From NCBI GenBank assembly GCA_963801815.1, contig CAWDGJ010000009.1, positions 1 to 64,000 of the forward strand: 64,000 nt of DNA, given 5' to 3'. Positions within the stretch are counted from its first letter, which is position 1; the number at the start of each line of letters is the position of its first letter. Source of the stretch: an uncultured Verrucomicrobiae bacterium (GTDB lineage Bacteria > Verrucomicrobiota > Verrucomicrobiia > Chthoniobacterales > UBA10450). The notes below the pieces were generated by a model. It saw only the letters and a list, made by a program, of their open reading frames with translations. It was not told where the DNA came from and did no database searches. This document shows, one piece after another, positions 21,905-31,720 of this stretch. Position numbers and translations under genes: made by a program.

Positions 21905-22582
21905 GAACCGGCACATCCAGTCGGATGATGGCGACATGAAAACATTTAACTCAGTGGAGGAAACAAAAGTGAGCAGACCGATTGAGACGTTCGAACCTCA
22001 TCTGGCGCCAAGATCTGCAAAGTTGGTTGGCGAATGGCAGGAACACGGACCTGTAACACTTTCGGGACTGGCAGTCCGAAAATTGCGACTCTGTTTTGCG
22101 CCATCGCAACTCGTGATCGCCGCAAGCACAGTTGGCTAGGAGGAGGATGTCATGATCAATATGTCTATTCTGTGGGCGTTGGTGCTGGCGCTGTTCGCGC
22201 TGAATCGCGAACCAACTAACGAAAGGACAGGGCGCCAATGAACTCGAAGCGTCGCGCCTCCGTCGACGTGAATTTTTCGCTCTGGTTTGCGCTGTTGAGT
22301 TCTCTCATTGGCGCCTTTTTCGGAATCCTGGGCGTATTCGTTTTGTGCCACTGAAAGGAAACTGAAAGGAAAAATTGTGAACTCAACAAACCTCAAAGCA
22401 CACAAAATCAAACGAGCGCGAAATTGGTTTCGCCCGCGCCGGGATCGGCATGATCCAATGCTGGTTTTGAACATGTCGATCTTCAATTCTGAAACCGGAT
22501 GGAACCGGATTTTCAATCCAGTTTCGCAGCGCGAGAACGTCTGGTGCTAGATGATGAACGTCAGCCCGACGCATGACCTACC

Positions 22583-23941
22583 ATGAATAAAACTAAAATA
22601 ATTATCGCAGGCGGCGGTTTCGCCGGGCTTTATGCCGCAAGATATTTCGACAAGCACCTGGCACGGCAGCCGGACGTCCAAGTGACACTGATTAGTCGCG
22701 AGAATTTCATTCTTTTTACACCGATGTTGCATGAGGTCGCCGCCGGTGATCTTTCACCGAACGACATCGTTAATCCGCTTCGGCGAATTCTTCGCCACGT
22801 AAATGTGGTCGAGGCGGACGTTGATCGCATCGATCTATCCACCCAAGCAATTCATTGCTCCGCCGGAGTGCGCGATTCGAATATTGAGTTCAAGTTCGAT
22901 CATCTCCTTTTGACAATCGGGTCGGAAACCAACTTCTTCGATATGCCTGGCGTGCGCGACTGGGCGGTCACGATGAAGAGCCTTGCGGACGCGACGCTGT
23001 TGCGTAACCGGGTGATTGCGCTGTTGGAAGAAGCGTCCTTGGAGCAGCACGAGTCCATGCGCAAAGAATTACTCACGTTCGTCATCGCTGGCGGTGGCTT
23101 CGCGGGCGTCGAAACAACCGGGGCAATTAACGACTTTGTGCGCGAAACGGTGAAGTATTATCCTTCATTGCGCGACGAGGCGATTCGCGTCGCGGTGATC
23201 CATCCAGGCAAATTTTTATTGCCGGAATTGGGCGAGGAGCTTGGCCAATATACCGAACAAAAATTGTCTGCGCGGAAGGTCGAAATCATCAAAGGCGCGC
23301 GCGTTGCGAGTTATGACGGTTCAACTGTCGAATTGAGTAACGGCACGCGCATTCGCGCAACGACCCTCGTTTGGACAGCTGGTGTCAAGCCGAGCCCGGT
23401 CATCGAATCGTTAGACTGCAGGAAAGAACGCGGGCGGGTGCTTGTGAACGAATATCTTGCGGTGCCCGGCGTTAACGGATTGTGGGCGGCGGGCGATTGC
23501 GCGGCCGTTCCTGCCGGCAAAGCAGGCGAATTTTATCCGCCGACCGCTCAGCATGGTTTACGAGAGGCGATTGTTGCGGCAAAGAACATCGAGGCAACAA
23601 TTGTGGGGCGTGCGCTCAAGCCATTTGCTTTCAAAACGCTCGGACAACTCGCGACGATCGGTCGCCACACAGGCGTTGCGATGATGTTTGGCTTCAAATT
23701 CTCGGGTTTTGTCGCGTGGGCGATGTGGCGGACGGTGTACTTGCTAAAGCTGCCGCGCCTTAGCAAAAAGCTCCGCGTTATGATGGGTTGGACGCTCGAT
23801 CTTGTGTTCGGCCGCGAGATCGAACAATTAATTACCGTGCGCGACGTGCAGGGATTAATGGACCGGCTGGCCCGGATTCGCGCACGAACAAATGCGCGTT
23901 CATTCGAACAGACGAGCGAGGGCGCGCCTGTGTTGAGCTAA
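22583..23941 (+). CDS. Type II NADH dehydrogenase-family flavoprotein
   Basis: Two GGGFAG dinucleotide motifs, FTPMLHEVAAG and WAAGDCA. Confidence 0.88.
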   Translation: MNKTKIIIAGGGFAGLYAARYFDKHLARQPDVQVTLISRENFILFTPMLHEVAAGDLSPNDIVNPLRRILRHVNVVEADVDRIDLSTQAIHCSAGVRDSNIEFKFDHLLLTIGSETNFFDMPGVRDWAVTMKSLADATLLRNRVIALLEEASLEQHESMRKELLTFVIAGGGFAGVETTGAINDFVRETVKYYPSLRDEAIRVAVIHPGKFLLPELGEELGQYTEQKLSARKVEIIKGARVASYDGSTVELSNGTRIRATTLVWTAGVKPSPVIESLDCRKERGRVLVNEYLAVPGVNGLWAAGDCAAVPAGKAGEFYPPTAQHGLREAIVAAKNIEATIVGRALKPFAFKTLGQLATIGRHTGVAMMFGFKFSGFVAWAMWRTVYLLKLPRLSKKLRVMMGWTLDLVFGREIEQLITVRDVQGLMDRLARIRARTNARSFEQTSEGAPVLS

Positions 23942-24840
23942 CGAATTGCTCCGAAAGCTTCTTTCGCGCACTGACAGAATTTCTGCGTGGCGGGGCTCAA
24001 CTTTTCGCGACGCGTAAGGATTCCAACCGGGACCCGCTTCGGTTCCGGCGTCAGGCGCAAAATTTTAATCCGATTGCCCGATGCATGGCTGAATGCATCG
24101 GAGGTTATTGCTACCCCCGCGCCGGCACCTACGGCGGTGAAAACGCCGGACCAGCCATCATGCTCCTCCGCCACGTTCGGCTTGTCGCTTACTTTTGCGA
24201 ACAGAGCGTCGAGGTATTCCTGGTAGCGAGGATATTCCTCGGGCGTTAACCCGATAAAACGTTCACGAGCTGCTTCGGCTAAAGAAACAGACTTCCGCCC
24301 CGCAAGCGAATGATCGGCGGAAACGGCAAGGCAGACGCGAATCGTCATCAACTCATGAAAGTGAAGTTCCTCGAGTGAGTTTGCTTTGAGTGGCGGAATG
24401 AGGATCGCCAGATGCAACCGCCCGTCGCGGACGCCGGCGATGTTCTTTTCCACCGGCCAGTCGTGCAACTTCACGTGGACGTTCGGCAATGCTTTTTGAT
24501 AGGCGCGAAGAAGGCCAGGCATTATTCCTCCAGTCGCTAACGGCCAATCACCCACATGCAATTCGGTCGCAGTCTTGCCGGCAAATGAGCGTACGGCCGC
24601 GACAGCGCTGTCCGCGCCCTTCAAAATAGCTCGTGCTTCATCCAAGAAAAGTCGTCCCGCTTCGGTGAGAGCGACAGACTTCGCTCGGCGTTCGAGCAAC
24701 TGCACGCCGAGTTCCTCTTCGAGATCGCGGATCTGCCGACTTAACGAAGGCTGCGAAACGTACAGCTTCTGGGTCGCGGCGCGGGAGACGTTTTCCATCT
24801 CGGCCACCGCTACAAAGTAGCGCAAATGCCGAAGCTCCAC
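23938..24840 (-). CDS. LysR-family regulator
   Basis: MELRHLRYFVAVAE...SQPSLSRQIRDLEEELG. Confidence 0.93.
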   Translation of the reverse strand: MELRHLRYFVAVAEMENVSRAATQKLYVSQPSLSRQIRDLEEELGVQLLERRAKSVALTEAGRLFLDEARAILKGADSAVAAVRSFAGKTATELHVGDWPLATGGIMPGLLRAYQKALPNVHVKLHDWPVEKNIAGVRDGRLHLAILIPPLKANSLEELHFHELMTIRVCLAVSADHSLAGRKSVSLAEAARERFIGLTPEEYPRYQEYLDALFAKVSDKPNVAEEHDGWSGVFTAVGAGAGVAITSDAFSHASGNRIKILRLTPEPKRVPVGILTRREKLSPATQKFCQCAKEAFGAIR

Positions 24841-24852
24841 AGCCGGTGAGTC

Positions 24853-24895
24853 TATGCCTGGCAGGCATCCTTAGGCAAGAAACATGGTCTTTCAC
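24853..24895. promoter_or_regulatory. Putative LysR operator, copy 2, in the divergent promoter
   Basis: ATGC-N7-GCAT (T-N11-A) just upstream of the lysR start; 19-bp identity with 21886-21904. Confidence 0.65.
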
Positions 24896-25154
24896 AAACA
24901 GCTCTCCGCGAGTGATTCTTTTTTCGGCAAAGAAGGGAAGTCATGAACAAAACAATTGAACCGAGTACGTCACGCTTGATAGGCTGCGCGCGAGGACTCG
25001 AGCCAGGGCCGGGCGGCCGAGCTAATAGCCAATGGCAGAGTGGGCCGCAAACGCTTGCGGGGTATGAGCAGCGCAAGCTGCGTCCTCGCCCGTCTCCCTC
25101 TCGATGCGACCAATCTGCCTAATGCAAAACCAATCGTGAAAGGAGCCAGCCGTT

Positions 25155-25565
25155 ATGCCATTCGATAAGTCCGTTGATATTGAAACCCTCCAGGAAGAGC
25201 GGCGAAAACACATCCGACAGTCTTTGCGAAGCATCGGCATCGACGAGCTAAGAAAGCTCGCGAAGGAGCATCAGGAGGAGTTTGCCGATGATCCCTGGCG
25301 AGACAAGATGCTGCGCCTGATCGAGGAACGTCCGCAGGCAAGCTTTTATCATGCAGTGCCGCAGGAAAACGTCGTCGTCATTTACTGCCGGGACGAAGAC
25401 TTTGGTCTCTGGATCCTGCCCGGCAGCGGCATGGGTCCACTGCCGGAAGAGGGGAAACGTCATGTTAAGGAAGCCCTCGGCCTACCTGTTTCGAGCGAGA
25501 AGGAAATCCCGCAGCCGGGTCATTTTTTTGGGGAAACGCAAAATCCTAAATCGACAAAGAAATAG
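25155..25565 (+). CDS. Hypothetical protein
   Basis: AGGAG ribosome-binding site; abuts the adaptor gene. Confidence 0.6.
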   Translation: MPFDKSVDIETLQEERRKHIRQSLRSIGIDELRKLAKEHQEEFADDPWRDKMLRLIEERPQASFYHAVPQENVVVIYCRDEDFGLWILPGSGMGPLPEEGKRHVKEALGLPVSSEKEIPQPGHFFGETQNPKSTKK

Positions 25566-25568
25566 CTT

Positions 25569-26663
25569 ATGAAACCGATACCAATTTTGAGCCTCGGACG
25601 CCTTGCCATCCCCATGGCCTTGGCGGTCATGACATTGGGCGCATGCACAAAGAAAACCGCGCCGGTGCCGGTGGTCCGCCCGGTCCGCTCGATCGTTGTT
25701 GAAAAACGTCAGGTCGGGGACCCAAAGGTCGTGTCCGGCCATCTGCGCGCGCGCAACGAGGTCAATCTTGCCTTCCGGATTGGCGGGAGGGTTATCGAAA
25801 GAAAAGTGGGCGTCGGCGACAAGGTTGAAGCCGGGCAGACGGTGGCGCTGCTGGATGCCGAAGTCGAACGAAACACCCGGAACTCCGCGCAGGCCGACGT
25901 GGCCGCGGCGCGAGCCTCTCTTGACCAATCGGAAGCATTTGAACGGCGTCAAAAGAAGTTGCTTATCGAGCGGGTGATAGCCCCCAATGAATACGATGTC
26001 GCCTTGCGCCAACTAAAAACGACGCAGGCGCAGTTGGATGCGACGGAAGCCAAACTGAAATCCGCCGAAGAACAGTTGAGTTACACGGAACTCAAGTCCG
26101 ATGCCGCCGGCGTGATCACGGATAAAGGAGCCGAGGTGGGCGAGGTTGTGCCGGCGGGCAAGATGATCCTGCAGGTGGCGCAGCAAACCGGGCGCGATGC
26201 CGTTTTCGACGTGCCCGCCCAGGCTATTCGCGACGGCCTGGCGTTGGATGCGCAAGGTGAGGTTTGGCTCGCGGACCATCCAGAGATCAAGGCGGACGGC
26301 AAGGTCCGCGAAATATCGCCGCAGGCCGATCCGGTCACACGCAATTATCAAGTCAAAGTCGAACTCGCCGATCCGCCCTCGGGAATGTTTCTGGGGGCGA
26401 CAATCCTCGGGCGTCTGAAATTGAAGGCCGAGTCGGTGATCGAGGTGCCTTCTTCAGCGCTGACGATGATCGAAAACAAGCCCGCGGTCTGGGTGATCGA
26501 TGCAAAGGATCAGCGCGCGCATCGTCGGGTGATCGTGATTGCGCGCCATGCGCCGGACTCTGTCATCGTGACGGACGGGCTGGAATCCGGCGAAAGGGTT
26601 GTCACAGCCGGTGTCCAGGAGCTCCATGAAGGTCAACCCGTGAAACTGTTGGAAGGCCAATAA
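25569..26663 (+). CDS. RND efflux periplasmic adaptor (lipoprotein)
   Basis: LGAC lipobox, LAFRIGG and ADPVTRNY. Confidence 0.88.
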   Translation: MKPIPILSLGRLAIPMALAVMTLGACTKKTAPVPVVRPVRSIVVEKRQVGDPKVVSGHLRARNEVNLAFRIGGRVIERKVGVGDKVEAGQTVALLDAEVERNTRNSAQADVAAARASLDQSEAFERRQKKLLIERVIAPNEYDVALRQLKTTQAQLDATEAKLKSAEEQLSYTELKSDAAGVITDKGAEVGEVVPAGKMILQVAQQTGRDAVFDVPAQAIRDGLALDAQGEVWLADHPEIKADGKVREISPQADPVTRNYQVKVELADPPSGMFLGATILGRLKLKAESVIEVPSSALTMIENKPAVWVIDAKDQRAHRRVIVIARHAPDSVIVTDGLESGERVVTAGVQELHEGQPVKLLEGQ

Positions 26664-29600
26664 TGAAGGGCTTTAATCTGACCGAATTGGCGATCCGCCA
26701 CAAGGCGCTCTCCATCTACTTCATGATCGTATGCCTTGTGGCCGGGGTCTCGGCGTATCTGCACCTCGGACGCAATGAAGACCCCGAATTCACGGTCAAA
26801 ACGATGGTGGTCGTGACGCTCTGGCCGGGCGCGACTCAGGAAGAGACCATGCAGCAGGTGACTGATCGCATCGAGAAGAAGCTGCAAGACACGCCCAATC
26901 TTTACTATTTAAAGAGCTATACCGTCGCCGGGACGTCCACCGTCTTTGTCTATCTGCTCGAGTCCACTCCAAAGAAGGATGTGCCGGACCTCTGGTATCA
27001 GGTCCGCAAGAAAGTCGGCGATATCCGGCAGACGCTCCCGCAAGGAATCGTCGGGCCGTTTTTTAACGACGAATTCGGCGACACCTACGGGATCATTTAT
27101 GGCTTCACGGCGGACGGTTTCAGTCACCGGGAATTGCGCGATTACGCAGAAGAGGCGCGCTCGCGCCTGCTGCGAGTGAAAGATGTCTCCAAAGCCGAAT
27201 TCCTGGGCACCCAGGACGAGCGCATCTATGTCGAGTTTTCCACGCACCGCCTGGCCGAACTCGGCATGGATCGCATGGAACTGGTCCAGGCGCTCGTGAC
27301 CCAGAACGCCGTGGTCCCCTCCGGCGTGATCCAGACGAAGAACGAGGCCGTGCTTATGGATGTGACCGGACGGTTTGAATCCGAAAAGGACTTACAGCAG
27401 GTCAATTTCTCCTTCGGCGGCAAGATGCTGCGCCTTGGCGACATCGCGACGATCACGCGCGGCTACGCCGACCCGCCGCAGCCGAAGTTCCGCGTCAATG
27501 GCAAGGACGCCATCGGCGTGGCGCTCTCGATGCGCACCGGCGGCGACATCCTCGCTTTGGAAAAAAATCTGGATCATGTGATGGAGGAACTCAAAGCGGA
27601 CCTGCCCGTCGGCATCGAAACTTTCCTGGTCTCCAATCAGCCGAAGGTGGTGGAAGAAGCGGTTAACGAATTCATGAAGGCGCTGTGGGAGGCCATCGCG
27701 ATCGTTCTCGTCATCAGCTTCTTGAATCTGGGTCTGCGGGCGGGCTTGGTCGTGGCGACCTCGATCCCGCTAGTGCTGGCCATTGTGTTCGTCGTCATGC
27801 AGATCTTCGGGATCGACTTGCAGCGCATCTCGCTGGGGGCGCTGATCATCGCGCTGGGGCTGCTCGTCGATGACGCGATGATCACGATCGAGGCCATGGT
27901 CTCCAAGGTGGAACATGGCTGGGACTCGATCAAAGCGGCGATCTTCGCCTATGCTTCCACGGCATATCCGAGGCTCACCGGCACCCTGGTGATCGCGCTC
28001 GGCTTCGTGCCGGTCGGTTTTGCCAAGAGTTCGGCGGGCGAATACACCTTCACCCTTTTCGCCGTTGTCGTGATCGCCGTCCTCACCTCTTGGGTCGTCG
28101 CCGCGCTCTTCACGCCGCTTATCGGGACGATGCTCCTAAAGCCACCCAAGCACGAGGACAAGGACAAGAGCAAGGGCCACCACGAGAGTGGCGGGCGCCT
28201 ACTAAGTCTTTATCGGCGCCTGCTGCTCTTCACGATGCGTAACTCCAAACTGACGCTGGCGGTAACGATCGTGATTTTCGGCATCGCGCTGTGGCTAGCG
28301 CGGTTCGTGCCCAGCCAGTTCTTTCCCGCGTCGGACCGGCCGGAACTCGTGCTCGATCTGCGCCTGAGGCACGATGCCTCGATTTACGCCGCGGATACGG
28401 CATCGCAAAAGCTCGACGAAATCCTTCGTCGCGACCCCGATATTGTCCACTGGAGTTCCTACGTTGGGCGTGGCGCAATTCGATTCTACCTGCCGCTCGA
28501 CGTGCAGCTCCAAAACGATTTCTTCGACCAAACGATCATTGTCACCAAGAGCCTGAAGGTGCGGGACCAAGTCAAGCAACGCCTTCAGGCCGCGCTTCAG
28601 GAAAAGTTCCCCGAGGCGGTCGGGCGGGTTTTCCCGCTCGAGCTGGGGCCGCCGGTCGGCTGGCCGGTCCAGTACCGGGTCAGCGGCAGCGATCCGCATC
28701 AGGTGCGTGAACTTTCCGACAAGCTGGCCGGGATCGTGGGGGCGAGCCCCGACATCCAAAGAGTGAGCTTCAACTGGATGGATCCGATCCGAAAGCTCCG
28801 GATCCGCGTCAACCAGGATGAGGCGAGGCAATTGGGGCTCAGCTCGGCGACCGTCGCCCAGATGATTAACGCCGCCGTCTCGGGCATCTCCGCGACGCAG
28901 GTGCGTGACAGCATCTATCTCATCGACGTGGTCGTGCGGGCCCAGGCGGATGAACGCATGTCGCTGGAGACGATCCGGACCCTGAAGATTCCACTTTCGA
29001 ACGGACGGTCGGTGCCACTGAGCGAGCTGGCCAAGGTCGAGTACGAACAGGATTTGCCCCTGATCTGGCGCCGGGACCGGCTGCCCACCCTGACCGTCCA
29101 GGCCGAGCCCAGGGATGGCGTGCTGGCGGCAACCGCCGTGGCGGGCCTCTCGAAAAAAGTCTCCGAGCTGAAGCGGCAACTGCCGGTCGGCTACAAAATT
29201 GTCGAGGGCGGCAGCGTCGAGGAAAGCGCGAAGGGACAGTCCTCCGTCCTCGCGGTCTTCCCGATCGTGCTCCTGCTGATGGCGACGGTCCTGATGTTCC
29301 AGATGCAGAGTTTCAGCCGCCTGTTCCTGGTCTGCAGCGTCGCTCCCCTGGGTGTCATTGGTGTTGTCCTTGCCCTGTTGGTCACGCAAAGCCCGATGGG
29401 ATTCGTCGCGATGCTGGGCACCGTCGCGCTGATCGGCATGATCGTTCGAAACTCGGTCATCATGGTTGACCAGATCGAAGTCGAGAAGGCAGCGGGACGC
29501 GGGGGTTGGGATGCCGTGGTCGAAGCGTCCCTGGTACGCTTCCGTCCGATCACACTGACCGCGCAGGCGATGATCCTGGGCATGGCGCCGATCGCGCCGA

Positions 29601-29728
29601 CCGTCTTCTGGGGCCCCATGGCCTATGCCATCATGGGCGGGCTCGCGGTGGCCACACTGCTGACATTGATCGCGCTGCCGTCGCTCTACATCACCTGGTT
29701 CAAAATTGCGCCGACTGAAACTCATTAA
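26663..29728 (+). CDS. RND efflux permease
   Basis: LGRNEDPEFT, GLLVDDAMI and RFRPITLT. Confidence 0.92.
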   Translation: MKGFNLTELAIRHKALSIYFMIVCLVAGVSAYLHLGRNEDPEFTVKTMVVVTLWPGATQEETMQQVTDRIEKKLQDTPNLYYLKSYTVAGTSTVFVYLLESTPKKDVPDLWYQVRKKVGDIRQTLPQGIVGPFFNDEFGDTYGIIYGFTADGFSHRELRDYAEEARSRLLRVKDVSKAEFLGTQDERIYVEFSTHRLAELGMDRMELVQALVTQNAVVPSGVIQTKNEAVLMDVTGRFESEKDLQQVNFSFGGKMLRLGDIATITRGYADPPQPKFRVNGKDAIGVALSMRTGGDILALEKNLDHVMEELKADLPVGIETFLVSNQPKVVEEAVNEFMKALWEAIAIVLVISFLNLGLRAGLVVATSIPLVLAIVFVVMQIFGIDLQRISLGALIIALGLLVDDAMITIEAMVSKVEHGWDSIKAAIFAYASTAYPRLTGTLVIALGFVPVGFAKSSAGEYTFTLFAVVVIAVLTSWVVAALFTPLIGTMLLKPPKHEDKDKSKGHHESGGRLLSLYRRLLLFTMRNSKLTLAVTIVIFGIALWLARFVPSQFFPASDRPELVLDLRLRHDASIYAADTASQKLDEILRRDPDIVHWSSYVGRGAIRFYLPLDVQLQNDFFDQTIIVTKSLKVRDQVKQRLQAALQEKFPEAVGRVFPLELGPPVGWPVQYRVSGSDPHQVRELSDKLAGIVGASPDIQRVSFNWMDPIRKLRIRVNQDEARQLGLSSATVAQMINAAVSGISATQVRDSIYLIDVVVRAQADERMSLETIRTLKIPLSNGRSVPLSELAKVEYEQDLPLIWRRDRLPTLTVQAEPRDGVLAATAVAGLSKKVSELKRQLPVGYKIVEGGSVEESAKGQSSVLAVFPIVLLLMATVLMFQMQSFSRLFLVCSVAPLGVIGVVLALLVTQSPMGFVAMLGTVALIGMIVRNSVIMVDQIEVEKAAGRGGWDAVVEASLVRFRPITLTAQAMILGMAPIAPTVFWGPMAYAIMGGLAVATLLTLIALPSLYITWFKIAPTETH

Positions 29729-29773
29729 CGCACTGGCCCTGCCATGCACTTTTGCCACGCTATGCTGCGTCAC

Positions 29774-30178
29774 ATGGAGAACGACGTCTACGCACAGATA
29801 GGTCTTGTTGTGCTCATAGGACTAGCAGCTAAGAGCGCCATCCTCATTGTAGAGTTTGCCAAGGTTGAATACGAGAAAGGCAAACTATTACTCGATGCCG
29901 CGCTGGAAGGTGCACGACGGCGCTTGCGACCGATCCTAATGACGTCCTTCGCGTTTATCTTTGGTTGCTTACCTTTGTGGTTCGCGAGTGGCGCCGGCGC
30001 GGTTGCCCGCCGCGTGCCAGGCTCGACCGTTATCGGCGGAATGCTCGCCGCGTCGGGAATCGCAATCTTCTTTATCCCGGTAACTTTCTATGTAGTTGAG
30101 CGACTCGCGACCGGCCGCAAATCGGTTGGGCCGGAGAAGACAGTGCCCCCTGCCGCTCAGCCGGTCGCAGTTTCGTAA
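29774..30178 (+). pseudogene. C-terminal fragment of an AcrB/HAE1-type RND permease
   Basis: [28 protein letters not shown]...[12 protein letters not shown]; only the last helices are present. Confidence 0.85.
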
Positions 30179-30181
30179 ATT

Positions 30182-30628
30182 ATGAATAAGGAGAATCCCG
30201 CAGTTACTAACGCGACAATGTTTGCCGCTGCTTTTAACGAGAACTGGCAGAACGCACGCCACATCAAGAGCGAGCGCCTCTCCTTTATGACCGCGTTTTC
30301 GATCGTTAGTGCTGGAGTGCTGACGCTTCTCCAGAGTGTGCGCAGTAGCGCTGTGCTTCAAGTCACATTGCTTGTCTTCATGTGTTTGTTCTCAATGTTC
30401 GGTTTACTTACGAGCCTGCGCTTGAAAGGCGAACTGGAAGAATGTCTGGCCAAAATTAAAGCCATGAGTGCGCAGGCAAATATCAGCGAGTTTGTGGCAC
30501 TTGAACTCGAAGGCAAGTTGGCGCGATATCCAAAGTTCCGGTGGATTTTTCCGACCTTCTATTCCATGACGACCGTCGGCTACGTCGCACTTATCGTCTA
30601 TCGCCTGGCTACCGGGAGAGCGATATGA
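30182..30628 (+). CDS. Hypothetical membrane protein
   Basis: Three hydrophobic segments; operon-like spacing. Confidence 0.6.
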   Translation: MNKENPAVTNATMFAAAFNENWQNARHIKSERLSFMTAFSIVSAGVLTLLQSVRSSAVLQVTLLVFMCLFSMFGLLTSLRLKGELEECLAKIKAMSAQANISEFVALELEGKLARYPKFRWIFPTFYSMTTVGYVALIVYRLATGRAI

Positions 30629-31713
30629 GAGTGAGCCGTTCTTCGGAAGTAACGGCGACTACAAGAAGCAACTTCAAGCGGACGCTGCACGTCTGTTACC
30701 CAGCGGGAACAGGAACCCTCGTCATTCGCACGGAGCTGGATTGGGAACGTGACATTCATCCGATCGCAGTAAGCAGCGACGGCAGCACAGCTACTTTTGA
30801 AGTCGAGGCGGAGCGACCATTCGTTAACTTCAAGCCGTGCTTGATAAAGAACGGCACGCTGCATTGGGCAGTAGGAACTGATAACTTACTGATCATGGCA
30901 GCCGACGATGCTCGTGTTGTCTATCCCTACTTCTTTAGCAACCCGCGCGGCCGCTTCTCGCCTTTGGTCGAGATAGACTCAGCCATCCTTGGGCGTCGCC
31001 ATCGGCTGCGCGTTTATCTGCCGCCCGGTTATGAGGAGAACACGCTGGCCCATTACCCACTGGCTTACATGCAGGACGGGCAGAACCTGTTCTTTCCGGA
31101 GGAGGCATTCCAACACAAGGAATGGGATGTGGATGAAACCAGTCACGTCCTGCACGCGATGCAGGCAATCGAAGACTTGATCATCGTAGGTGTTTACTCG
31201 AACGAACGTCGGGAAGAGGAATATACCAAGCCCGGCTACGAAGCTTATGCGCGCTCGATCGTGGAAGAGCTTGTGCCTGCTGAGCAAGTCTTCCTGCGGA
31301 CGACGAAGAACCGCCTCGATCGTACGATGTGGGGCTCTTCGTTAGGCGGAGTCGTTTCCTTCTACTCGGTCTGGCAATACCCGGAGGTCTTTGGTGGCGC
31401 CATTTGCATGTCCAGCACCTTCTCGCACAAGGACGATCTCATCCAGCGGGTGCTAAGTGAGCCGAAGCGCGGGGTAGGATTCTACCTCGATAGCGGCTGG
31501 CCTAACGACAACTACGAAGTAACCATGGCGATGGCGCTCGCCCTGGTCAGCAAAGGCTGGCGGTTCGGGCGCGACCTTGTCTATTTATGTTTCCCGCACG
31601 CCGCGCACGATGAAAAAGCATGGGGCGTGCGGTTGCATCTGCCGATGCAGTTCTTTACCGGCGCGGTGGCACGCGCCTCGCGCAGTAATGACGCCGCAGA
31701 AGCTGTGTTGTAA
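30625..31713 (+). CDS. Alpha/beta-hydrolase esterase
   Basis: VYLPPGY, YMQDGQNLF, GSSLGG and HDEKAW. Confidence 0.85.
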   Translation: MRVSRSSEVTATTRSNFKRTLHVCYPAGTGTLVIRTELDWERDIHPIAVSSDGSTATFEVEAERPFVNFKPCLIKNGTLHWAVGTDNLLIMAADDARVVYPYFFSNPRGRFSPLVEIDSAILGRRHRLRVYLPPGYEENTLAHYPLAYMQDGQNLFFPEEAFQHKEWDVDETSHVLHAMQAIEDLIIVGVYSNERREEEYTKPGYEAYARSIVEELVPAEQVFLRTTKNRLDRTMWGSSLGGVVSFYSVWQYPEVFGGAICMSSTFSHKDDLIQRVLSEPKRGVGFYLDSGWPNDNYEVTMAMALALVSKGWRFGRDLVYLCFPHAAHDEKAWGVRLHLPMQFFTGAVARASRSNDAAEAVL

Positions 31714-31720
31714 TCGCCGC

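Noticed and set aside
21936..22550. Short ORFs between junction 5 and the NDH-2 gene
   Set aside because: No family recognised and overlapping frames conflict; cannot support a call.
28295..29773. 492-aa antisense ORF and similar shadow ORFs
   Set aside because: Opposite a GC-rich RND gene with no recognisable motifs.
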